The notes: generated by a model from the sequence alone, not told the origin. DNA of 64,000 bases from Tubiluchus corallicola (GCA_030141605.1 JAQGDQ010000454.1:1-64000), one strand, 5' to 3'; numbered from the stretch's first letter, positions 25,231 to 38,830 are shown. A program made the numbers and translations.

Positions 25231-26327
25231 AAAATCATCATGTCTTCCTTTAAGCTTGCTAGGCTTAACAGATTCCACATTTGTTACAATTTTACACGTC
25301 GGGCTGTACAAGAAAAACAAAAACATCGTCTTAAGCAACCCTATCTACCCCACATCAGAAAAAGGGCGGATCTATGAGCAGCAAATGTCAAAGTTTTGGG
25401 GAAACACGACGTGCTCTTCTAACACACAAACAAAAATTTAACATTGTTAGACAAATTTAATCTTTCTATTAGTATCTGGATTTTTCCTGTTTTTGGAGGC
25501 TCTTTTCATCCCGGAAACCAATGTTAATGTTTAGTAACATTATATCTGGTTGCAATTTTTGGTTCTCCAGAATGTTGATGCAGCGTGGTACCATCTAGCA
25601 GGATCAAAATCAACTATAAGTTTACGATCATGAGACGGTCATACTCACACTGGCACGCCAGTGCACACGGCAATTTCGCCATTTTTTGTAAGAAAGTATG
25701 TCTTAAAAACGTCCTTTGAATTTTTAGGAAATTGCTAGGTTTAAGAACTAACATTTTCTTTTCCTTCTCAAGAGTTGCCCCCAAAATTTCGTTGTTGTTT
25801 GGAAAGGAATTCTGTTACCTGATACAAGCTGATTGGTTACATTCCTCCATCCATCCAGTTCTTCGCATGGCTTCGCTTCATTTGAAGCTGTGTGTGTGGC
25901 TTGCAAAAGTAACATTTCTTCGTTTTCATTAGTACTGCTGCTAGATTATTGATTTTTGCGCGCAAGTTAGGATACACAAAGTGCCATGATCATTGTGCAA
26001 GAGCTTCATGTTATATAGTTATTTGTTTCAAAGATCTACATCTCTGTTTTTCTTCACTGACTACACTTAACTGTTAGTGACTGTTAGATACTGTGTCAAC
26101 CAGTTAGTGATGTGGTGTCATAGGACATAAAGTGTGTTAAAGTGCAGGTAGGCACAACTGCCTAGCGTATTGCTATTAGTGTAAAATAAATAGGCTTGAA
26201 AAATCGAAAAAACTAGTTGCAAACCAAAAGGCTGGTTAACACTTGTAAAGAAATAACTCTTCTAGTTAAAAACAACGTAACTTTATTAAAAACTTTCACA
26301 CTAACAAGTTAAAAGTTAAAATCATGC

Positions 26328-26366
26328 AAAAAGGTTTCGACTAGCCACTGCTGTCATCATCAGTGG
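26328..26366 (-). ncRNA. Variant hammerhead core (GAAACCTT, stem III mismatch)
   Basis: Minus strand CCACTGATGATGACAGCAGTGGCTAGTCGAAACCTT. Confidence 0.55.
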
Positions 26367-26551
26367 TAAATTTACAAACATACAACCAGTTTGTGTAGGC
26401 AGAGCCTATTATGCATTAATTGAGTAGTCAAGTTACTTTATCAATTTCTTCACTGGTCTGTTTATTCATCACCTATTTAGCTTCCGTTAACTACTTAATT
26501 AGTGCATAAGAGGCTTTGCCTATATAAACTGGTTGTATTTTTGTAAACTCA

Positions 26552-26590
26552 CCACTGATGATGACAGCAGCAGCTAGTCGAAACGTTTGG
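26552..26590 (+). ncRNA. Minimal type I hammerhead ribozyme (PLE-type)
   Basis: CCA-CTGATGA-t-GAC-agcagcagcta-GTC-GAAAC-GTT-TGG: stem I CCA/TGG, stem II GAC/GTC, palindromic AAACGTTT stem III, GUU site. Confidence 0.75.
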
Positions 26591-26889
26591 CATGATTTGA
26601 ACTTTTAATTTTTTAATGTAAAAGTTTTAATAAAGTTGTGTTGTTTTAAACTATAAATGTTTCTATGTGCCTGTGATAAAAATTGACTTGGAGAAATAAC
26701 TATTTCAAAACTGAGCAAACTTGTTGTATAAGACAATCTTGAATGTGTTCCGTACCCCTCTTTTTTTGATACTAAACAGATGTTTACCAACCTACCTGCA
26801 TATGGTCGGTTAGAAATGTCAAGCGTGCAGCCATTCCACCATGGTGAAATCTTCATAGCATTTTCAAAAAATCTAATAATACCATCATA

Positions 26890-26903
26890 GTTGCCATAGC
26901 AAC
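26890..26903. promoter_or_regulatory. Consensus RFX X-box
   Basis: GTTGCCATAGCAAC ~60 bp upstream of ATG 26962; second X-box-like GTTGCTTAGCAAC at 26988-27000. Confidence 0.6.
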
Positions 26904-26961
26904 GTACCGTGTGTGGTTGTGTAGGCCTACTGGTGATGTAACCCAATCCAAAGACTAAACA

Positions 26962-27148
26962 ATGGTCTTCATCAACCTATCCACCTGGTTGCTTAGCAAC
27001 CGAAACAATGCGGAAGTTAATGCTGCAAACGAGCACGTGTATGAGCAAATTGGGAGCCTCAGTCCAAGGAAAAGAAGAGGGTTTCTGTCCCTGAGGAGGT
27101 GCAAGCTAAGAGATGGAGGGGAGAGGCGGTTTCCTAGCAGGAGGAATT
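26962..27148 (+). CDS. Candidate alternative first exon, 62 aa (MVFINLSTWLLS...HVYEQIGSLSPRKRRGFLSLRR...PSRRN, phase 1)
   Basis: acaATGG context, 187 nt open, ATT|GTGAGT donor, X-box just upstream, protein-like composition. Confidence 0.55.
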
Positions 27149-27229
27149 GTGAGTTTGAGTATTGTCTCATAATAAAGAATCAGCATTGTGTAATTTTATG
27201 ATAAAATCATAAGGCAAGTCATTGTTACG

Positions 27230-27675
27230 AACAATGAGTATGTAACATTGTTGTTTGAATAACGTAGAGGATGAATTGCATGTAATTGCCTGAATGCCCC
27301 ACTGTACGCTCATATAAGAGAGGAATTCTTTCTGATTTCTGTAGTAACTTTCATTATATGTCCTCTAATGAGCAGTTTGTGGTTTTAAATGAGTCATAAG
27401 ATGTAGAACTTATTAAAATTAATGCCAAATTGGTCCACAAAATATTTAAACATAGGCCTGAATGAGATAACTCAGTGCAAGTCTTACTGACTGACTAACT
27501 GTAATACATAACTGTAATACATATGTAGTATATATATGAATGTAGCTCTGTTGTATGCGTTTTTTGTGCTTGAGCCATTATTCCACTTATATGTGGTTTC
27601 TTTGCCCAGATGTATAATGTTTTTAAGTTGTTTTTCTTTGTAATTTGCTTTTTGCTTAATGGTTCATAAATAAAT
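27230..27675 (+). mobile_element. RTEX-like LINE 3' remnant
   Basis: VEDELHVIA-ECPLY zinc-knuckle-like C-terminus then AT-rich 3' UTR; rearranged homolog at 43432-43878. Confidence 0.7.
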
Positions 27676-27725
27676 ATGGCTCTGGTTTTTATTGAAGGCC
27701 CAATTTGGTCTGTAAATTCAATCAG

Positions 27726-28026
27726 GATTTGTACGGCTGTTCTCCTCAATGCGACGTGTTTTATTTGTATTTCGACGCTGCTGTCTTAAGTAGAATATTA
27801 AACTACTAAACGTTACAACATTAAATCTCTAAAGAACATTTTTTTCTAGATTTGTGCTGCTCTTCTTATTATGGCGTGTTTTATTTTAATTCGACGCTGT
27901 TGTCTTAAGTAGAGTATTAAACTGCCAAATGTCACGACATTTTTTAAAGAGCATTTTTCTCTAGATCTGTATGGCTGTACTCCTTAATGCTGCGTGTTTT
28001 ATTTGTACTTCGACGCTGTTGTCTTC
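27726..28026. repeat. ~120-bp tandem repeat, ~2.5 copies
   Basis: GCGTGTTTTATTTGTA..TTCGACGCTGTTGTCTT recurs three times. Confidence 0.85.
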
Positions 28027-28231
28027 GTTGGAACTTCATGGCTTTCAATATGTAGTCGCCACAGATCTGATTGAAACAAAAACATTTATTGCTTTATTCT
28101 GTGGATTATTTCATTTTATTAACGGATTTTGGTTTCCTAGTCTGAAGTTGCCATAATCATAAGTTTAAATGGGAAGAAAATGAAATTTTTGGGAATGCCT
28201 ATATCCCAAAAAACCTGCTTGAAAAACATGT

Positions 28232-28608
28232 AATAAGCCGTTTCACAGTTCCAGCGATTGATGATGATCATCGTGAAAAAGTCAAAGGTTAAGTGTATCA
28301 GACAACACATTTGTGTACACTTGACCACACCTCGCAGCCTATGAAGTTGTAATAGTAACAGTTTTAACAGCTAGATAGAACCTTACCTAGTTCATTTTTT
28401 CTTATTGTCTAGCAAGATCCTGCTAGTAAATTGCTTTACGCACAGAGGCATAATTAAGGCATAATAACAACTGAAGGTACTGAATTGGTGCGGCAGACGG
28501 CTTTGCTTTAGCACATATCATGTGCGGTTGTAATTAAGACGCATTGCTGTGGTACACTTAACCTTTGACCTACAGCAACTGCACAATGAAAGTGTGAAAT
28601 GACTTATT
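28232..28608 (-). mobile_element. Family D MITE
   Basis: Reverse of 14414-14770. Confidence 0.88.
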
Positions 28609-29649
28609 GGAAAAAAGTGAGTTATTTTTAACAAGTTAAAATATTCATGCTAACTGGTAAAAAGTCACTGTATCACCGTCCCAGTGTCCACCACTGGCTC
28701 ACTAAAAACACATTGTTGATCTTGCTGGCAATGTAAAGCAATTTAAACTATTGCTTACTGTGGAAGGAGTGTGTTAGGAATACTCTGATGATTTTTTGAA
28801 TATTACACAATATTGCTTAAACTTTTTTGAAACGAATTACCATTAAAATTGCTGCTCATTGGAGCCCTCGTGGGAATTTAAATTTCCATGCTTTTATGCA
28901 TCGTTACTCCTAACCCAAGCTTTATATGCAATAAGACGACATGTAAGTGATATAAAATTTCAACTAACTTTTAAGCTTTGTTTATAAAAAGTGTTTTTCA
29001 TGCATTAAGAAACAACACAGTCTTATAGAGAATGTATGATTTCCCATGAAATGCTGACTTTGCTGTGACGCGCCTTTTTGTTTTCTCCGTTTATGTTTTT
29101 CAGTTCCTTGTTTTGTTTACTGTTTTTCTGTTCAATTTCCATGTTTGTTTAGGCTTTTTGCGCGCCACCTACCGAGCACGTTTTTGTACAAAGCGACTTC
29201 TTCAAAATTCCTTGCAGAAGGCAAGACAGAATCTGCAGAAATCTTGTATCAAACCGCTTGGGTGCTTGTACTTGTTTTTCAGAAGTATTTTTCGTTGGAA
29301 TCCTCACATCAAGAATTGATTTCTCTTGAAAAACAGATGGTAGGCATTTCACATTGCAACTGTTTCAGATGATGTTAACTAAGTCTTCATTCCACACTTG
29401 CTGCAAGGACTATGAGAATGTGCCGATACGTTTTTGTTCACAATTCGGTATTCACGTAAGTGGCGGTGACAGTGGTGACGGCGATGACGACACCAGCACC
29501 AGCCTGAATAGTTCTTCATCTTAACCCTTTACCTTCCCACAATAATCAGTACAAGTAGCAAGTATAATTATTTTCTTCATTTTGTGCAGTTCACATATGC
29601 TGCCACTAATTGTGTGTTTGCACAGCAAAATCGTCCAGTTCTTTCTATT

Positions 29650-30246
29650 CATTCACACATCACGAATCTCCATTTCAAAAGGATCATTTTAATACCAAGC
29701 TCAGCACTCTATGTTATTTCTAAGCTGAAATAATCCACGGTGAAGTTGAGGTGCAGGCTATGGACTGAAAAACATAACCTTGATAAAATCACTGTTTAAA
29801 GTCAGCCATTGTTTTTGTCGCATTTTTACAAAACACTTAGCAACCACACAAATGTTGATTGCAATGAACTTTGCAAGAGCACATTGAAGTTATGTTTAAA
29901 TTCAGTAGATGGCTCTTTCTGACCATGATCTGGTCTTGTCAACTGAAAAATGACAGCTTCCATGAGCTACTATCGGAGTTTGAAAATACACGTTTTTTTA
30001 CAATTACAGTACTAGTTATTAGCCAGAAAACTGGGTGCAGAGTTATAAAATTAAATTTTTGGTATTTTTTGAACATTTTCTTGATAATTTGATGCTAGAA
30101 TATAAAAGTCCAATATGTTTAGCGTTTGTTTTTATAAAAAACAAAAATTTGACATTTGACCGAATGTTTGGTGCATTTTACTTTGAAGCATCATGAGGTT
30201 GTTTTAACAATGCTAACTCATAGACGGTTTTGTTTTGCAACCACAC
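29650..30246 (+). mobile_element. Family A element, copy 3 (5' end eroded)
   Basis: Colinear with 7900-8488 including the 3' tail. Confidence 0.8.
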
Positions 30247-30608
30247 AATTACTATTGCATGAATGAAGTTTACACGCCTTAGCACCACCCCAGTCCATTA
30301 TTTCACTGTTAAGTGACTCAACTCTTCTCGAATGACACTCTCTGATGGATTTACAATTATCATGGCTGTAGGCTAAACAAGTTAAACAAGAAATGAACGT
30401 GTTAACAACTAGTTGTAACTTGCTCTAACATATTTTTATGATATGACGCCAGTTCAGAGGTTCTCTTACGTCTGTGGAGCCTCTCAGTCTGAGATTAGAT
30501 TTAGATTTAAACTTAGATTTGATTTAGATTTAGATTTATTTCCCACAAATGCAATGTAAATTCAATGATACGTAACAATAATCGCGAAATGGCATGCCAA
30601 AACAGCTG

Positions 30609-31013
30609 ATAAGCCTTTCCACTGTTTGGTTATGCTGGTGCGCTATTGCTGTAGGTCAGAAGTTAAGTGTACCACAGTAACGCGTTTTAGCTACAACCGT
30701 CACATTTTACCAATTGGCATGAGCATTTTAAATTATTATTTCTAGTTACGTATGTCTTTCCAGCAGGTAAGTGAAATGCCAAGTAATATAGATTTCCATG
30801 GGAAGTTTCTTTTGGACATAGTTTAACATTGCCTTTTCTTCCCCTGATTTACGTTGTGCGTATATGACGTCATGTAATGGCGCCGTTGGAGATCTAAAAT
30901 GAAAAATTACTATATAATTATATAATTACTATATAATTACTATATACTATAATATAATTTTTAAGGCCATTTTTCTGAAACCTACTTCGGGTGCCTCTTT
31001 TCTTGTCCTTTAA
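30609..31013. mobile_element. Family D 5' fragment (30609-30700) joined to partial reverse family C (30700-31013)
   Basis: ATAAGCCTTTCCAC..GGTCAGAAGTTAAGTGTACCA then C sequence ending GTCCT|TTAA. Confidence 0.8.
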
Positions 31014-31253
31014 ATACATTACATGATTTATACGTACATAATACTTTATAACAACAGCAACAACAACAACAACAACAATTCCCTCTGATTTGAAGCTTGA
31101 ACATTAACAATGGTAACATGAACCACCCAAGTTGACTGAACGTGTCTTTAGCTAGAAAATTTAATAGTTTCGTTTTCATTTTGCCCACCAGGAACTGAAA
31201 TTCCACCTCCGCACACGTCTGATCTCTCTTTCATAAACACTTCTAATCACGCT

Positions 31254-31317
31254 ATGCTTGTCGTAGATCCGCCCACCCCTCACAGGCAAACGTCTCACAA
31301 GGCTCACCTTGTCAGAG
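31254..31317 (+). CDS. Candidate alternative first exon (MLVVDPPTPHRQTSHKAHLVR, phase 1)
   Basis: 64 nt from ATG to GAG|GTAATG (weaker donor). Confidence 0.2.
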
Positions 31318-31809
31318 GTAATGACTATTGAGAGATTCTCGTCATTCTCAGTGTGTTAGCGTGTGGAAGCGATGGTTTTTTTTGTGTCGTGATCTCCACC
31401 TGAAGTGGGATAATTATATCGAATGTGAAGAGAGTTTGATTGGACACAAAATGGTCAAATACTGACCGATTCGTGTGTTTGTTTTGCGGCGCGCGTGCAC
31501 AAGTATTTGATGCAACAGAATTGCGTAATTGCGCGCGTTTTACGCGACACAATAGTTTTCGTGACGCGGCTTAATGAACGCGAATATTTGTTCCTGCAAT
31601 TAATTCAAATGTAGCAAAAAGTATTGTCAGTACGTGCTCAGTGCACGCCCATCTATTGTGTAACTCCCGCACGCACGTGCACGCATAAGTACTTAATTAA
31701 TTTAAACATATGTTTATTGAATAACAAGCACTACACTAGGGCTTGAACAGACAGCTTTTAACAACTGATGTTTTCGCCAATGAAACGTAACACTCAAATG
31801 ACATACTTG

Positions 31810-32204
31810 AAAAGGGATACTTGAAGTAGGTTTCAGAAAAATCGCCTTAAAAATTATATTTCTTTACAGCAATTTTACGCATATATCGTACTCGCGTTAA
31901 AAGGAATTTTTGTTTGTTTTTATTTTAAATCTCCCGCAACACTGTTCCGACAGCTTACATGACGTCATATCATCACAACGTAAATCAGGGGAAAAAACGA
32001 AATGCTAAATTATGTCCCAAAAAAACAATCCATGCAAATCTATATTACTTAGCATTTTGCTCTCGCCCACCGTTAATTAAGTTTTTAATATATTATTTAA
32101 TTATCAGAAACGCTTTTGCAGTATTAATAATAGTGTTAAGATGTATGATTTTATCTGACTTGAAAATGGGATAGTATATGAAAAATCATCCTGACTCCCT
32201 TTAA
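31810..32204 (+). mobile_element. Chimera: family C 5' part fused to family B 3' part
   Basis: Switch at ~32060 (CATTTTGCT|CTCGCCCACCGTTAATTAAG); ends CCT|TTAA. Confidence 0.8.
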
Positions 32205-32741
32205 AAGAAAACCGGATGATTATTTAGACTCAAACTCATTTTAATTTACAGTCCAAAATATACATTTTCTTGCCTATAAAAGTTAGCAATTGTTTCATAT
32301 ATTTTAAAAATTAGCTTAGAAAGTTAATTAACGGCAACCGAACACAGCTATTGCTTACGTCAGAAACTAACCACAATTTGTGCAATAATCTTCCCTTGCG
32401 CGTCAAGCGCGTTTGCGTAAGTGCTACTCCTTAAACGCATGTTGTCACAAAAATGGGTTCTACGTCATATTACGTCAGAAACTAACACTGCAGTTCATGA
32501 TCATGGTTATCACCGTACTGCCTTCTATTTGTCGGCCACACGAATGTGACAAAAAGGCACCGTTGACAATCTTAGTGAAATTCACTGAGCCGCGCGTAGC
32601 TTCGAAAGTTTAACGAAATTTGAGTATCCGAGGTAATTATTATTTAATCTAAGCTTTGATTTAGAAAAGCAATTGTAGTTTTCAATATTTTAGAGCATTC
32701 TTTATTCTGAACTAATGCCTACACAATTGTCCGGTTTTCCT
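32205..32741. mobile_element. Kolobok-like MITE family G
   Basis: TTAA|AAGAAAACCGGATGATT ... AATTGTCCGGTTTTCCT|TTAA; shares its left TTAA with the preceding element. Confidence 0.8.
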
Positions 32742-33010
32742 TTAAGTAAACTTATGTTAGTGCGCTGAGCTTGGCTGGCATCATTAACAGCAAAAAGAGA
32801 AAGGTACACCCGCTGTTAATTCACACTTTTGCTTTAGGCGATTAAGCAGAAAAGTGTGTCGTCTAATCGTTTTTGACAGCTTGGTATCTGGTGCCTGACC
32901 TTAGCTTTAATGCAGTACTTTCAGCTCATAAGTAATACAGCAGAGCAAACGTGTACTCTGAACTATACAATTTAATATTATAACTATTATATGTGTGCTT
33001 GCATAGGAAA

Positions 33011-33646
33011 ATAGTCTATAAGTCGGCAATTAAGCTTTTCTAGTTATTTACAGTTGTCCTGAATCTCTATTTCACGAGGATCATTTTGATACGAAGCTCA
33101 TTGCTGTATGTTATTTCTAAGCTGAGATAATCTGTGTTGAAGTTGAGATACGAAATGCTCACTGAAAAACATAATCTTGAGAAAATCACTGTTAAGGTTT
33201 GCCAATTGTTTTTTGTTGCGTTTCTACAAAACACTTAGCAACCGCTCAAATGTCGGATGCTACGGACGTTGCAGGAACACTTTGAAGTTTGTTAAATCAA
33301 TAGATGGTTTCCTGACGAAGACCTGGGTTTGGCAACAGAAAAAACAGTAAGCAAATGGCTGTTTCCACGAGTTACTGTCCACGAAATACAAGTTTTTTTT
33401 ACAAATACAGTACTAGTTTCTAGCCAAAAAAGTAGATTACGGGGTTATGAAATTTGATTTTTAGTATTTTTGAACCTTTTGTTGATAATTTGATGCTAGA
33501 ATATTAAAGTCCAATATATTTGGTGTCTGTTTTTATAAAAAACGAAAAATTGACATTTGACCAAATTTTTGGTGCATTCTACTGGAAACACCATAACGTA
33601 GTTTTAACTATGCAGATCTATGGACAGTTTTGATTTGCAACTACAC
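33011..33646 (+). mobile_element. Family A element, copy 4 (longest)
   Basis: TAGTCTATAAGTCGGCA ... TGCAGATCTATGGAC + tail. Confidence 0.82.
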
Positions 33647-33789
33647 ACATAATTTATAGCTGTAAACCCTAGGGTTATGGTTTGATATATTCATAATATT
33701 TTTCAAAAGGAAAGGGCTATTATAGAGCTGTCTTTATCTCATTGCAGAAGAACATATTTTTAAATGATATGTATTTTTACCTACAAGAT

Positions 33790-34310
33790 ATATATTTATT
33801 AGCGCCAAAAACATACACTACAAGAAAAACATACATACATATACACATACATACAATTTCAATTTTGAAATATAATAACAGTATATGCAAACAAAACAAT
33901 TACTGATAAATATTATTAACTCTTCCTATTAGTTATTTTAGTTATTTAAATGGAAAGTTTAATGATTAGTATTTAAAATAAATTTTCATTAGGTCTCATT
34001 TTCAGTGATGTGGTCATTACATAGTATATTGTTCATCATGTCTTAAAACGCTTTTCGATATAATCAATAAATGTCTTAATTACTTCTAAACCATTACTTC
34101 CCATCAGGAACAAAAATTCACCAGCATCGCTCATAAGGAAAAATTCTCGTTTAATTACATTGATTACATTAATTACATAATTACATTGATGTGATTATAT
34201 AATTTTCTTCTAAAATCGTTGTAATATGGCATTTTATAACAAACTGCAATTCGTCTTCGATTTCATTTCTTAAACTATATCAGCATACACGATTCTCAGC
34301 CGAGATTATC
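33790..34310 (-). mobile_element. RTEX-like LINE 3' remnant
   Basis: Minus strand NEIEDELQFVIKC motif, then AT-rich 3' UTR. Confidence 0.55.
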
Positions 34311-34700
34311 CACGACTCACAAAGTCAATGTTAGTTTGTTAGTTTTTCTGTCATGAATGTCACGTACCGCATATTGGGGTCAAACCAGCAAGCAACGTAA
34401 CTCCAGCTTTAAGGAACATAATGTGAAAGCTGCTTCGTTCCTAGCACGATGTCAACCAAGCTCAGTGGAACTTTTTAAAGTATTTCTCATTGACTAACAT
34501 CATTGCTTTTAATCATGTATTCACTAACAATGTGACGCTATTGTTAAACATCAGTCCAAAGACTGAACATACACAGAATTATTTATATATTATTATTACA
34601 AATTGAAGCTGGTCGATATCCCAGAAATAAAATTCCTGTTGATATGAGAAAATAAACTTTATGTAAGAATGGAAGTACGAAAGGTGAATTCCGCTTTAGT

Positions 34701-34830
34701 ATGCAATGCAATGTATATTGTCAAGAAAGGACCGTTTTCTTAAATCAAATATCAGATATCTTTCCAGAATTCTCGTCCATGTGTGATATTGATGAATTTA
34801 CAGTTTTAAACAAAAGTGGAGATGTGGAAG
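34701..34830 (+). CDS. Candidate alternative first exon (MQCNVYCQERT...NKSGDVE, phase 1), or 63-nt internal exon 34768-34830
   Basis: 130 nt open to AAG|GTAAGA; internal TTTCCAG| acceptor at 34767/34768. Confidence 0.4.
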
Positions 34831-35368
34831 GTAAGAAATTTCAACAATACGTGGTTCTAAATTAAGAAGTACGAATTAATTTTGCCAAAAATTAATGTAT
34901 TGGATCAGCATTGTGACATATATCTAGATGTGTTTGTTACAAATTACGGTATTTTTTAATCAAATACAAATGATCGAATAAACGTATAATCAAAAGAGCC
35001 CTGTAACTGTAGGGACGTGTTCCTCTATGCGTTGTTTATTTAAGTGTGTGATTTGTTAATTGTGCTTGTAAATGTTTGTAAAATAAAACGTTTGTTATTG
35101 TTATTATTATTATTATTATGAAAATCTTGTTGTTAAAAATGTCTCTAAAGCAGAAAAGAGGCTCTGCTTTCGAATCAGATGCATCATTAGCCTACATTTC
35201 GCCAAAAAATGAAGCCAGTTTCTATTTTTCTATTCGCTGAAAGAAATTTCTTCTTTGGAAAAGACCCGCATTTGAGACAGTTGTCTTTCTTTCCGTTGTT
35301 TTTTACTGTTATTTGGTCCTCTCACGCCACTGGTGTCGAGAGATCAAAGTGACCTTTGTGGTCAATGT

Positions 35369-35955
<587 letters not shown>

Positions 35956-36456
35956 AATATGTCAGTTTGTCCTAGTAGCTCTATAAGATAAAACCTGTGT
36001 TCGAAACTTGCGCGTTTGAAACATCAGTACATCATTTTTTATTCTTAAATTTACATTATTTCACCAAATATAGCTACATATTGCAATTAGTCACTAAACT
36101 TAAATAATTTTAGCTACTAACTTAGCTATTAATTAAGAAAGTACGCGCTGTAGTTGCCTGCTTGCATCATTGAAATCTGACTCACAAGGAGAAATCCATT
36201 CTTTATTATACAGAAGTAACAAAGTTCACTGATAAATATGTGCGCTGGGGGGGGGGGGGAGGTGGGTGCAGGCGGCTCTTATATAGTTTCGCGCTTTATA
36301 ATTTCTTAGAAAGTCGCGTTTCGTTTTTGTGTGTTAATTTAGCGGACATGTTGAATGACCTATTTCAATTTCTCGTAACATAACTAGTTTCTTTGGAATT
36401 AGTGGCGCAACCCTGATAACGCCCCCATCCCACCGCTGCCCCTGCTGCGCGATTAA

Positions 36457-36959
36457 CAGTGGCGGTTCGTGTATGTGGATCTGCAGCACCCCCTATTTTC
36501 ACGCAACATATATCGATAATATTCAATATAATAAATCTTTTTTCTTTATTTCTTTCTTTATACTTGTACGAAACCAGAGCACGTGAGAGTAGTACTAATT
36601 GCTTCATAGTCCAGCCTAGTGTGCTAAAGCAATGCGGTGTTGGCTGTTGTGCGCATGCGGCCATGCGCACATGTCTGCGCCCAGGTAGAGAAAGTACTGT
36701 CGCTCACACAGTTTGTTGTCAGTTGTCACGTGCTTACCGTGAATAGAACAAGCTTGAACTGTGACAATTTAGGCTATTAGTAAGCAAAAATATTTTTTGT
36801 TTAGGATTTTATCAAGTTTATGTATAAATTTTTGTATGTTTGTTTGTTTAAAGTTCCAAATTGCAACAGTAACATTACATATGTTTGTTTCGTTTTACAC
36901 AATGCTAAAAATTGTTCTGGAATAGCACCCCTACTAAGTTTAGCTACAAGCCGCCACTG
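36457..36959. mobile_element. hAT-type MITE (CAGTGGCGG termini)
   Basis: CAGTGGCGG...CCGCCACTG; 8-bp TSD GCGATTAA/GCGATGAA (7/8). Confidence 0.88.
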
Positions 36960-37308
36960 GCGATGAATTCTAAGATCTGACAGTAACGATACGTATTACT
37001 GAATGAAAGTTTGAGCTTTACAAGAGAAGCACAATGAATCATCTATGTTCAACTGTCAAAAGCATTTACTGTCAAATCGACCACTGAATTCATTGCAATT
37101 CAGTAACTGTAACACCCTTTTGATGCTCTGTTAGTCACTGTAACATCAAAAGCTGGTAAAGGGTGCTCGAAAAGAAACTATGCTTTAGAAATAATGCTGA
37201 TGATGTTGTGCTGAAATATGCTAACATTAAAAATCATCCAAAATTAACTGGAATTCCGCATTATAACGTCACAACGAGGTAAATGTGATATTACAGTAAT
37301 GATAATCC

Positions 37309-37689
37309 AGTAAGCCTTTACACAGTTTCGTTGTGCGCACGCGCAGTTGCTGTGGGTCAAAGGTATTATGTGTGCCTCAGCAACGTGTCTTAACATCAAC
37401 CGTGATATGTGGGTAAAGCAAAGCCGACTGCCGCATCAGTTCAGTAACTTCAGTTGTTTTACGTGGATTTTACTTAATTATTCATTAGTCTATTCGTAGA
37501 GTGATTTACTAGTAGGATCTTGCCTGAGAAGAAAAAATGAACTAGGTAAGGTTCTAGCTGCTGTTAAAAGTGTTACTATTACAATAGCACGGGCTGCAAG
37601 GTTTTGTAGACAAATGCGTTGTCTGGCACACTTAACCTTTGACCTTTTCACGATCATCATCAATCGCTGGAACTGTGAAAAGGCTTATT
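37309..37689 (+). mobile_element. Family D MITE
   Basis: Colinear with 14414-14770. Confidence 0.88.
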
Positions 37690-37930
37690 CTCCTGCCATA
37701 TAGGTCTAGGTTGGTGTGATAGTTATTGGACTTGAATGCTCTAACTCCGTATGCTTATAATATTATTATTTATTAAGCTATCCTTTCTTAGCTATTAATA
37801 ACGTTACGAATACATAATTACCTAAGGAATTTTTCTTTGATGGTAAAGAGATTTCACGCCACTGAGTATCCAAAAGCACTCCAAGCAAACGGATGGGCGT
37901 AAAATTGATTTTTTATAGCCTTTCGGGCAG

Positions 37931-38609
37931 TTAAAGCACAAGAAAACCCTTCATAAGCCTAAAGCTTAAAAACTTCGTCTTGAAATTTTATATCACTTCT
38001 TTACTGTCTTTTTGCATAGAGGACTTCAATCGGCAACTACGCTGTATAAAACTTGTAAATTCAAACTCCGCGATGACCATTAGGCGCATTTTGACGATAA
38101 GTCCTTTGAAACAAGTTTAGATAACACTGAGTAAAGTTTGGAAAAATAATCAGAGCATTCGTAGCGCACACCTCCCTAACTAACTAAAAATTTAAATTAC
38201 TGTATCTTGTCAATGAGATTAAAAAAATGGTTAGTGAGCGGTGCACCCTGGAGGTGAGTCAGCGACATTTTACCAATTGCTAAAATATTTTAAATAATTA
38301 ATAATTTTCTTTTCAAGTTACATAAGTCTTTCCAGCATGTAAGCGAAATGCCAACTAATATAGATTTGCATGGAAAGTTTTTTTGGACATAACTTAACAT
38401 TTCCTTTTCTTCCCCTGATTTACGTTGTGCGTATATGACGTCATGTAATGGCGCCGTTGGAACAGTATTGCAGGAGATTTAAAGTGAAAACAAACAAAGA
38501 TTCCTTTCAATGCGAGTCGACATATGCATAAAATTGCTATAAAGTAATATAATTTTTTAAGGTGACTTTTCTGAAACCTACTTCAGATACTCCTTTTCTT
38601 GTCCTTTAA
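37931..38609 (-). mobile_element. Kolobok-like MITE family C, full length
   Basis: TTAA|AGCACAAGAAAA ... TTTTCTTGTCCT|TTAA. Confidence 0.9.
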
Positions 38610-38830
38610 CAACCCTACAGGCCGAGATCCAGAACCGAAGAGCAAGACCTGTCTTATTGTACATGGTTGCGGCAGTACCGATACATAATAAATAAAAAAA
38701 ACGCCGGCAACGCCTTGTTTTTAACGCTTCAGCAATGTCGGCAACGACCGAGTAAAATAATGAAGGTGAAATGGTGTATTGAAAGTGAAAACGAATAGGA
38801 AATTCAAGGCTGAAATAGAAACAATAAACA

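Larger units (their letters stand above)
26207..26652. mobile_element. Palindromic Penelope-derived element with inverted hammerhead-bearing arms, copy 1
   Basis: ~160-bp inverted arms around a ~60-bp spacer; each arm has a CTGATGA..GAAAC core and a downstream AATAAA; close homolog at 48282-48715. Confidence 0.8.

Noticed and set aside
29060-29430. Possible piggyBac transposase C-terminal relic (minus strand, NAYHLF)
   Set aside because: One short motif amid stops; too weak without a search
29369-29455. Extra first exon MMLTKSSFHTCCKDYENVP.. with CAC|GTAAGT
   Set aside because: Phase 0 and a weaker donor; kept as a counter-example to the phase-1 array
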